Of a stretch of DNA of 64,000 bases, positions 47,955 through 54,212 are shown in pieces. A program made the position numbers and the translations under genes. The notes under the pieces are model-generated. The model was not told where the DNA came from, did no database searches, and worked only from the letters and a program-made list of their open reading frames with translations. Each line of letters begins with the position of its first letter. Position 1 is the stretch's first letter. Origin of the DNA: Candidatus Gottesmanbacteria bacterium (GTDB taxonomy: Bacteria; Patescibacteriota; Microgenomatia; UBA10105; UBA927); contig JAHFKK010000001.1 of NCBI GenBank assembly GCA_023245335.1, positions 683,282-747,281 on the forward strand, written 5' to 3'.

Positions 47955-48212
47955 ATGGCACACGTCAAAGCAGGTGGAACAGCAAAAGGAAATAAAGATT
48001 CCGTATCGAAACGTTTAGGCGTCAAGGTGTATGGCGGGCAGGTCGCGGGAGCAGGTAACGTCATCGTACGTCAAAAGGGTACGCGGTATTTTCCCGGTAC
48101 GGGAGTGAATATGGGCAAAGACTTTACGATCTTTGCAACGATTTCCGGTGTAGTCAACTTTCTGACCAAGCGTGGTAAACGGTACGTGTCGGTCTTGCCC
48201 TCGCACGGTTAA
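47955..48212 (+). CDS. rpmA: 50S ribosomal protein L27
   Basis: '[29 protein letters not shown]...GKDFTIFA' is a canonical bL27. Confidence 0.9.
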   Translation: MAHVKAGGTAKGNKDSVSKRLGVKVYGGQVAGAGNVIVRQKGTRYFPGTGVNMGKDFTIFATISGVVNFLTKRGKRYVSVLPSHG

Positions 48213-48216
48213 TCAA

Positions 48217-49032
48217 ATGGCAGACACCCAACAAGTGCTTCATCTGGATTTGGATTTATTGCAAGCGAATCCGCTACAACCTCGTGGCATGATTGGGGCA
48301 GAGGCCCTCGCGGATCTCGTCGGCTCCATCAAAGAACACGGGATCATAGAACCACTCGTCGTCGCAAAGACCCCCGCTGGCTATCAGATTATCGCCGGAG
48401 AACGCCGATGGCGGGCGGCTAAAGTCGCCGGACTTTCGACGGTACCGGTCATCATCAAGGAAACCAGCGCGAAGGGCATGCTGGAAATGGCACTGGTAGA
48501 AAACGTACAGCGCGTCGACCTCAATCCTATTGATCGTGCGCTTGCGTTTCAACGGTTAATTGAGGAATTCGGACTGAGTGTCACGGAAATTGCCAAACGG
48601 ATAGGGAAAAGCGAATCGTATGTAAGTAATACCATGCGGCTTCTCGCACTGCCGGATGCAATCAAGGATGGTTTGGTCTCGGCAGCAATCAGTGAGGGTC
48701 ACGCACGCGCAATTGCAGGGCTGAACGACGTCAAGCTCATGGTGGATGCCTATAAGACCATCCTCGCGGAGAATGCGTCGGTCAGACGTGCTGAGGATTT
48801 GGCGAGGAGACTGAAAGCGAAGTCCGATCAGCAGCCCGCACACAAGATCGAACGCATCCATAGTGATGAGCTCGATACCATCGCTAAGGATCTTGCGCAG
48901 GCAGTCAACGGGCTCGTGAAAATTACTCAGTCCAAAGTGGAAGCGCGCGTCGTTTTTGTCATCCGTGGTAATTTAGAAACGACGAGTAAGTCACTGAAGC
49001 TTATCCATAGCCGCATGTCTGATAAAAAGTAA
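48217..49032 (+). CDS. parB: ParB/Spo0J-family partition protein (no adjacent parA)
   Basis: 'IEPLVVAKTPAGYQIIAGERRWRAAKVAGLSTVPVII' ParB box and HTH 'VTEIAKRIGKSESYVSNTMRLLALP'. Confidence 0.8.
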   Translation: MADTQQVLHLDLDLLQANPLQPRGMIGAEALADLVGSIKEHGIIEPLVVAKTPAGYQIIAGERRWRAAKVAGLSTVPVIIKETSAKGMLEMALVENVQRVDLNPIDRALAFQRLIEEFGLSVTEIAKRIGKSESYVSNTMRLLALPDAIKDGLVSAAISEGHARAIAGLNDVKLMVDAYKTILAENASVRRAEDLARRLKAKSDQQPAHKIERIHSDELDTIAKDLAQAVNGLVKITQSKVEARVVFVIRGNLETTSKSLKLIHSRMSDKK

Positions 49033-49048
49033 ATTTCTCTCTTTTCTT

Positions 49049-49609
49049 TCAGAGCTGGTAGCTTGGGTGAGGGATGATGCCGACAGCAGTGGTCGGCCAG
49101 TATCGGAAGAATGCCTGGCCGATAAAATCTTGTAGCGCGATAAGCCCAAATTCCCGTGAATCCGAACTCCCCGGCCGGTTGTCTCCCGATACGAAGTATT
49201 CTCCGGGAGGAATTTCTATTTGTGTGTTTTCCTGGAGAAATGTCCCACCGTAGAGCGGTTTGTTGTACGGGTACGGCTCATCTAATTCCTTTCCGTTTAT
49301 GTAATAGTGCTGATTCTTGATTTCAAGCGTTTCCCCGGGCAGCCCGATGACGCGTTTGATGTAATCGATGTCTTTGTTCATAGGAGATTTGACGATCACG
49401 ATGTCGCCGCGCTGCGGATTAATCATTTTGTAGATAATTTTATTGGTGAGGATATAATCGCCGTTGTGGAAGTTGGGTTCCATGGAGTGGCCGCTGACTT
49501 CCTGCGGGGACATGATGAAAAGATATATCATGACCAAAACGGCGGCGATTGCGACGATTCCTTGCAAAAAATCAAAAACCGCGGCGATACCGCGCTTTAT
49601 GGCATCCAT
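49049..49609 (-). CDS. lepB: Signal peptidase I (S26 family)
   Basis: 'SGHSMEPNFHNGDYIL' (catalytic Ser), 'YIKRVIGLPGETLEI' (Lys box) and 'GDNRPGSSDSREFG'. The start was chosen at the Met preceding the single TM; the ORF track's 57-aa N-terminal extension is not protein-like. Confidence 0.8.
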   Translation of the reverse strand: MDAIKRGIAAVFDFLQGIVAIAAVLVMIYLFIMSPQEVSGHSMEPNFHNGDYILTNKIIYKMINPQRGDIVIVKSPMNKDIDYIKRVIGLPGETLEIKNQHYYINGKELDEPYPYNKPLYGGTFLQENTQIEIPPGEYFVSGDNRPGSSDSREFGLIALQDFIGQAFFRYWPTTAVGIIPHPSYQL

Positions 49610-49796
49610 ATGATACCTATGAGTGTAGAGCACTCTCCGAAGGTGGTCAAGGTGGTGAAAAAACAGTATAATACGAAAAGTCTGGTCATCAAAATACACC
49701 GTTGGAAAAGCCAGATAAGACGACACGCATAGGGTCAAATCGTTGCGAGCGTACCTACGCGAGTGAATAGCTTGCAACACAACCTAAAAAAGATAG

Positions 49797-49826
49797 TTGG
49801 AAAGGAAGCCATGGTTTCCTTTCCAA
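49797..49826 (+). other. Perfect 9-bp stem hairpin (GGAAAGGAA-N8-TTCCTTTCC) immediately 5' of tRNA-Val
   Basis: Seen directly: GGAAAGGAA at 49797-49805, loop gccatggt, arm at 49814-49826. Lies in the divergent lepB/tRNA intergenic region. Confidence 0.4.
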
Positions 49827-49832
49827 GAACGA

Positions 49833-49906
49833 GGGCGGTTAGCTCAGCTGGCTAGAGCGTTTCATTGACATTGAAAAGGTCATAGGTTCAAATCCTATAC
49901 CGCCCA
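49833..49906 (+). tRNA. tRNA-Val (anticodon GAC)
   Basis: Cloverleaf: acceptor GGGCGGT/ACCGCCC; D-arm GCTC-AGCTGGCTA-GAGC; anticodon stem TTTCA/TGAAA with loop TTGACAT; T-arm ATAGG-TTCAAAT-CCTAT; discriminator A. CCA is not encoded. Confidence 0.85.
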
Positions 49907-49933
49907 CCCCTACTGGTATGTTACGATAGTTCT

Positions 49934-51085
49934 ATGAGCTTATCTTCTGAGGTACGGTACGCCGGCTTCTGGCGGAGGTTCGCCGCGATTTATATCGACA
50001 GCACATTTGTTTCCCTTATAGCACTTTGTGCACGTATGCTTTTGGGCGTGAGTCCGTTCGATATATCTATCATGCCGCAGTCGCCCTTACGCTACGTGAT
50101 CGCTCGAGTGATTGCCACGTATTTTGTCGGGCCGGCCATTATTGTTCTCTGGTGGGTGGTGTCGGGCGGTCAGTCCCCAGGTAAGTGGCTTATGAGCATC
50201 CGTATCGTGAAGGCAGACGGCACTCGTTTGGGTATCGGAACCGGAATTGTACGGTATGTCGGTTATACGATTTCGGGCCTATTTTTTAGTTTGGGCTACC
50301 TGTGGATGATAGGAGATAGCCATAAGCAGACATGGCACGACAAATTGGCAAAAACCTACGTGATCGTTGACGATCAAAGACACCCCTCGTTCCTGTCCTG
50401 GCTTATTGGCTTAGTTTTGCCGCCTTTATTTTTGGCCGGATATTTTTGGATGATGGCAGTATCGCAGGGAGTGGTCGCGGTGCCGAGTGATCTTCGTGCA
50501 CGATATGAAGATTTCCAAACGCTTCGGGCCATCGCAGAGCTTCCTACGGCGGTAAGGGCACATGTGGACCTGGCAAATACGTATTTAGATCAACTGAATG
50601 CAATACCGGGAAATGACCCGCAGTATGCCGCAAAGGTGCGCCCCATCGCACGCCAGGCTGTCGAAGAACTTAAATTGGCACAAAACTTGGATCCAAAAGA
50701 TGCGTTAATATACACAAAACTCGCGGGTGCATACTTATGGTTGGACGGTGACCCGGCAGCGGAAAAAGCGTATGACAATGCTATGACTGCTTACCGATTA
50801 GACCCACAGGAGCGGCATATCCTCCATACTCTGGGGAGAGCGCTTATTGGTCTCAAACGGTATGAAGAGTCGGTCACTGTACTCGAGAAGGCGATTGCCT
50901 TGGATCATACGTATGCAGAGGTATATCAGACGCTCGCCTATGCGTACGCTCAGCTCGGGCAGAACGATAAGGCACGAAGTAACTATGTGTCTGCCATAGA
51001 GTTTTATACGAAAACCAATACGAAAGGTCAGTATGACCGGCTGATTCGTGGCTTACAAGATGCGCGTAAGGCACTGCCCAAATGA
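49934..51085 (+). CDS. RDD-family membrane domain fused to C-terminal TPR repeats
   Basis: N-terminal 'RFAAIYIDSTFVSL' RDD-like TM region (about 170 aa); C-terminal ~200 aa with TPR-like helical repeats. Confidence 0.55.
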   Translation: MSLSSEVRYAGFWRRFAAIYIDSTFVSLIALCARMLLGVSPFDISIMPQSPLRYVIARVIATYFVGPAIIVLWWVVSGGQSPGKWLMSIRIVKADGTRLGIGTGIVRYVGYTISGLFFSLGYLWMIGDSHKQTWHDKLAKTYVIVDDQRHPSFLSWLIGLVLPPLFLAGYFWMMAVSQGVVAVPSDLRARYEDFQTLRAIAELPTAVRAHVDLANTYLDQLNAIPGNDPQYAAKVRPIARQAVEELKLAQNLDPKDALIYTKLAGAYLWLDGDPAAEKAYDNAMTAYRLDPQERHILHTLGRALIGLKRYEESVTVLEKAIALDHTYAEVYQTLAYAYAQLGQNDKARSNYVSAIEFYTKTNTKGQYDRLIRGLQDARKALPK

Positions 51086-51086
51086 T

Positions 51087-51440
51087 ATGACCTCATCCCC
51101 GGTGAAATCGATCGTGTCGTTTTCCGATTTAGAAAAATTGGACATCCGTGTCGGCACGATAGAGAAAGTAGAAGATGTACCCAAATCCGATAAACTCGTG
51201 CGATTGACCGTCAACTTCGGCGAATTTACCCGCACCATTCTGGTCGGGATGAAAAAGGAACGGAAAGACGTACAGGAAGTCGCCGGTAGACAAGCACTTT
51301 TTGTCGTGAACCTCCCCCCGAAACAAATGATGGGAGAGACATCGGAAGGAATGCTTTTTGATATCGGCTATGCAAACAGTGTTACTCCGGTTCTCGCGGT
51401 TCCGGAGAAGCCGGTTCCGAACGGCGTAAACGCGGGGTAA
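51087..51440 (+). CDS. tRNA-binding domain protein (CsaA/EMAP/Trbp111-like)
   Basis: 'LDIRVGTIEKVEDVPKSDKLVRLTVNFGE...SEGMLFDIGY' OB-fold tRNA-binding domain motifs. Confidence 0.7.
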   Translation: MTSSPVKSIVSFSDLEKLDIRVGTIEKVEDVPKSDKLVRLTVNFGEFTRTILVGMKKERKDVQEVAGRQALFVVNLPPKQMMGETSEGMLFDIGYANSVTPVLAVPEKPVPNGVNAG

Positions 51441-51442
51441 GT

Positions 51443-52024
51443 GTGAGCAAAAAAACCATTACTAGTCTCGTAAGCGCCGTATTTGTCGTTTGCTATATTC
51501 TTATCCAGTCGGTATTTCAGTCATCGGCGCCACCCAAAACAGCTACATCCTCCGCCCGGTTACAGCGCGGCGAAGCCAGTATTTCAGCCGTGTCTACTGC
51601 GACCCAAAGCGCTACGCAGGCGCGGGTCACCCGTGTTGTTGACGGAGACACCATTGAGATCGATACCGGCCAAAAAGTCCGATACATAGGCATGAATACG
51701 CCGGAGACGGTTGCACCAAACCGGCCGGTGGAGTGTTATGGTCATGAAGCATCCGCACGAAATAAAGCTCTGGTAGAGGGGAAGATGGTGACCCTTGAGA
51801 AGGATGTTTCGGACAAGGATACATACGGTAGGCTCCTGAGGTACGTGTGGATCGGAGACACGATGATAAATGAAGTATTAGTTCGTGAAGGATACGCGCA
51901 GGTCGCGACGTATCCGCCGGATGTGAAGTATAAAGACCGTTTCATCGCGATTCAGCGCGAAGCTATGGCCGCAGAAAGAGGGTTGTGGGGGAGTGTGTGC
52001 AACACGCCGGTAAAACCAAAGTGA
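51443..52024 (+). CDS. Secreted thermonuclease (SNase/micrococcal-nuclease family)
   Basis: GTG start, N-terminal TM/signal. 'RVTRVVDGDTIEIDTGQKVRYIGMNTPE' and 'YGRLLRYVW...NEVLVREGYA' SNase motifs. Confidence 0.7.
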   Translation: MSKKTITSLVSAVFVVCYILIQSVFQSSAPPKTATSSARLQRGEASISAVSTATQSATQARVTRVVDGDTIEIDTGQKVRYIGMNTPETVAPNRPVECYGHEASARNKALVEGKMVTLEKDVSDKDTYGRLLRYVWIGDTMINEVLVREGYAQVATYPPDVKYKDRFIAIQREAMAAERGLWGSVCNTPVKPK

Positions 52025-52336
52025 TTATAGGTTGCTGCGCCGTGCAGCAGTCCCCATGTCTACCCCATCCTCCAGGAGCCGCGCATATGTGCGGATGGAA
52101 GGGGTAAAGTGCGGCAGACTGTCGATGAGGTTCAGCATCAGCATACTCCTTTTTCCGTCAAATTCGTTATACTGTCGGGTAAATTCATCGGCTGCCCGTA
52201 TCCGAATGGCAAGCGGCAACTGAACATTGCTCGAGACATCATGTAGCGTTTGGCCTTCCCCTGAGAAAAAGAATTGAGGCAATCGACGAACAAATTCCTC
52301 TGGAGAAGATATCGGCGTTTCTCGTATGTTTTTCAT
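52025..52336 (-). CDS. Hypothetical protein (103 aa)
   Basis: Convergent with the SNase gene. Minus-strand TATAAT (plus 52348-52353) lies 11 nt upstream of its ATG. No recognisable domain. Confidence 0.4.
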   Translation of the reverse strand: MKNIRETPISSPEEFVRRLPQFFFSGEGQTLHDVSSNVQLPLAIRIRAADEFTRQYNEFDGKRSMLMLNLIDSLPHFTPSIRTYARLLEDGVDMGTAARRSNL

Positions 52337-52372
52337 AACGGATCGGTATTATACTCCAAAGTGTAGTCTCCA

Positions 52373-52393
52373 ATAAAACTTTTATGATATAAT
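52373..52393 (+). promoter_or_regulatory. Palindrome ATAAAA-c-TTTTAT abutting extended -10 TGaTATAAT (divergent promoter region)
   Basis: ATAAAAcTTTTAT at 52373-52385; TG at 52385-52386; TATAAT at 52388-52393; ATG at 52402. Confidence 0.35.
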
Positions 52394-52401
52394 CGTTTAC
52401 T

Positions 52402-52749
52402 ATGGGCTCTCCCGACTGGCATGTAGACATATTTGATTTTCATAACAATATCGGCTGGCAGCCGCTTGTCAGTGTATTGGAAAAACTAAACATAGATCAC
52501 ACGTTTCATGACGCGACGTTTAACCCTGAAGTTCTCAAGAGACTACAGACTATGCGGGAGGCAGATGGAAATATGAAAGTCCCGCGCGTGTATATTCTTC
52601 ATCGCCGCAGACCGGAAACGGATGACATGGAAGTATTGCCTCCTATATTTGCGCCGAGCCCGGTAGTATTTAATGCTCTTCTAACCATGTACCATGTGGT
52701 AGGCGAAGCCGGAACACAAACCCCAAATGAACGACCAACTCGAAAGTAA
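52402..52749 (+). CDS. Hypothetical protein (115 aa)
   Basis: Own extended -10 promoter; no recognisable domain. Confidence 0.45.
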   Translation: MGSPDWHVDIFDFHNNIGWQPLVSVLEKLNIDHTFHDATFNPEVLKRLQTMREADGNMKVPRVYILHRRRPETDDMEVLPPIFAPSPVVFNALLTMYHVVGEAGTQTPNERPTRK

Positions 52750-52978
52750 AAGACAATCGCATCTTATGTGTACCGGGTGCACATTGGTGCAGCCTGATTA
52801 TGCGTGCGGGGACCCGAAAATATCTTTGGAAGATCAGTTAGTGGCTGCGGGGGTCGGCGTCTGCTACCGTGCATATAGATTGCCGCTTAATGCTGAAGCC
52901 ATGACGCACGCCGGACGTACTCGCGCACGTGGTGGTAAATGGTTGTGGTCACGGACGTTTAACGGGAAGCGAAGTTAA
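52727..52978 (+). CDS. Hypothetical small Cys-containing protein (83 aa)
   Basis: 'MCTGCTLVQPDYACGDP'; overlaps the upstream ORF by 23 nt. Weak call. Confidence 0.3.
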   Translation: MNDQLESKRQSHLMCTGCTLVQPDYACGDPKISLEDQLVAAGVGVCYRAYRLPLNAEAMTHAGRTRARGGKWLWSRTFNGKRS

Positions 52979-52997
52979 TCGGTCTATACCCTATAGT

Positions 52998-53025
52998 TTG
53001 ATTTAGGCACGATATTTGATATAAT
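52998..53025 (+). promoter_or_regulatory. Promoter TTGATT-16-TGaTATAAT
   Basis: TTGATT at 52998-53003; TG at 53017-53018; TATAAT at 53020-53025; ATG at 53035. Confidence 0.45.
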
Positions 53026-53034
53026 CCCAAGATT

Positions 53035-53451
53035 ATGCCACATTCACCCGACGGGTGTATTTTTTTTGATCCGGAGACGAGGCAATGCCGAAGGCCGCAA
53101 CGATTGAGCGCACCTCAGCCCATGGCTGTCTTTGCGTCGCTTAAAGCGCAAAACGCCTTAACGTATGAGGAAGATTCCACGCTAGAACTGGATACGTTGG
53201 ATAATATAGCCAAAATACCCTCCGGAGCCACGGTTACGCACTGGTCGTATTACCCGTACCTTGATGAGTGTACGGTAACGGATAAAACTGGCATTCTTAA
53301 ACGTTTTTTGGTCTGCGACGGGTTTATGTCCTTGACCCATGCGCGGGGAGTCAATCACAAACAACAACCATTCCTCACTACCGGTGACGTGGTTGATCAA
53401 ATGGCTCGGGTCCTGGTGACTCCCACCTCTGATCATTCGACATATTCGTAA
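53035..53451 (+). CDS. Hypothetical protein (138 aa)
   Basis: Strong upstream promoter; no recognisable domain. Confidence 0.45.
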   Translation: MPHSPDGCIFFDPETRQCRRPQRLSAPQPMAVFASLKAQNALTYEEDSTLELDTLDNIAKIPSGATVTHWSYYPYLDECTVTDKTGILKRFLVCDGFMSLTHARGVNHKQQPFLTTGDVVDQMARVLVTPTSDHSTYS

Positions 53452-53459
53452 GTATTTAT

Positions 53460-53780
53460 ATGAAAACGATAGAGGCGGTATGTGTGGTAGGCGGCCTGGC
53501 GGAAGTCACTCTTTTAGCACGATGGAAGCATCGAGATAGCGATATAGCATGGAGAAATACCACGAAAGAAGGTCACGCTGTGGAGTATGGGATATGTGTG
53601 AGGGCAGACCAATGCCCATACCGCCGAGAGTGTACGCATAAAGTGCTTGCCTCAATGCCTGGGGGTCCGGAATTACGAAGCGAGGGCGTAATCCATGAAC
53701 TATTGGTAAGAGATGAAGCTGCATTCAAAAAATTGGAAGTCGGCAAGATACTACCGCGTGAGTCGGTAATTTGGTTGTGA
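53460..53780 (+). CDS. Hypothetical protein (106 aa) with Cys cluster 'GICVRADQCPYRRECTH'
   Basis: Tightly follows the previous ORF (8-nt gap); C-x8-C-x5-C pattern. Confidence 0.4.
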   Translation: MKTIEAVCVVGGLAEVTLLARWKHRDSDIAWRNTTKEGHAVEYGICVRADQCPYRRECTHKVLASMPGGPELRSEGVIHELLVRDEAAFKKLEVGKILPRESVIWL

Positions 53781-53831
53781 TGCTGTCTAATATTTGCCGA
53801 TTCATATCGTCATTTAGCGACGTACCTGACG

Positions 53832-53860
53832 TTGACGGGCAGAAGTAGGAGCAGTATAGT
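53832..53860 (+). promoter_or_regulatory. Promoter TTGACG-17-TATAGT
   Basis: TTGACG at 53832-53837; TATAGT at 53855-53860; ATG at 53872. Confidence 0.45.
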
Positions 53861-53871
53861 GCGATAGATCT

Positions 53872-54198
53872 ATGTTTGAACCGATGGACCAACGTGCGTA
53901 CGACGCAGAGATGACGGTCGATGGAAAGCGCGTTTATGTGCGCGTGACGGCGACAACTCGGGTCAAAGGCGGACCGACATCTTTTGTCATCGAAAGAAGG
54001 TCGCGTGACCGCAAAGCCCCAGAAAAAGTAGGTTTATACAACTCACCGTTCCACGATAGCGCGGCTCTCGACGATTTGTTAAGCCAGCGACCCATTACAA
54101 GAATGGATTTTGAACCGATTGAGGGACATGTGTACAGACAATTTAATTTGGGCCTATTAGAAAAGCCAATTCGGTTTTTCCAACGCTTAGTCCGCTAA
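53872..54198 (+). CDS. Hypothetical protein (108 aa)
   Basis: Near-consensus promoter upstream; no recognisable domain. Confidence 0.45.
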   Translation: MFEPMDQRAYDAEMTVDGKRVYVRVTATTRVKGGPTSFVIERRSRDRKAPEKVGLYNSPFHDSAALDDLLSQRPITRMDFEPIEGHVYRQFNLGLLEKPIRFFQRLVR

Positions 54199-54212
54199 CG
54201 ATCCTCACGAAG

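Noticed and set aside
49610-49780. 57-aa N-terminal extension of lepB (ORF track 49049..49780) and plus-strand ORF 49307..49732
   Set aside because: The extension is not protein-like (His/Arg-rich, no signal-anchor). The Met at 49609 is followed directly by the expected single TM and S26 catalytic motifs. The plus-strand 141-aa ORF is antisense to lepB.
49797-49826. Hairpin interpreted as an intrinsic terminator on the minus strand
   Set aside because: The T-run on the minus strand begins 7 nt after the stem, not adjacent, and there is no upstream minus-strand gene to terminate. Kept only as an unexplained hairpin.
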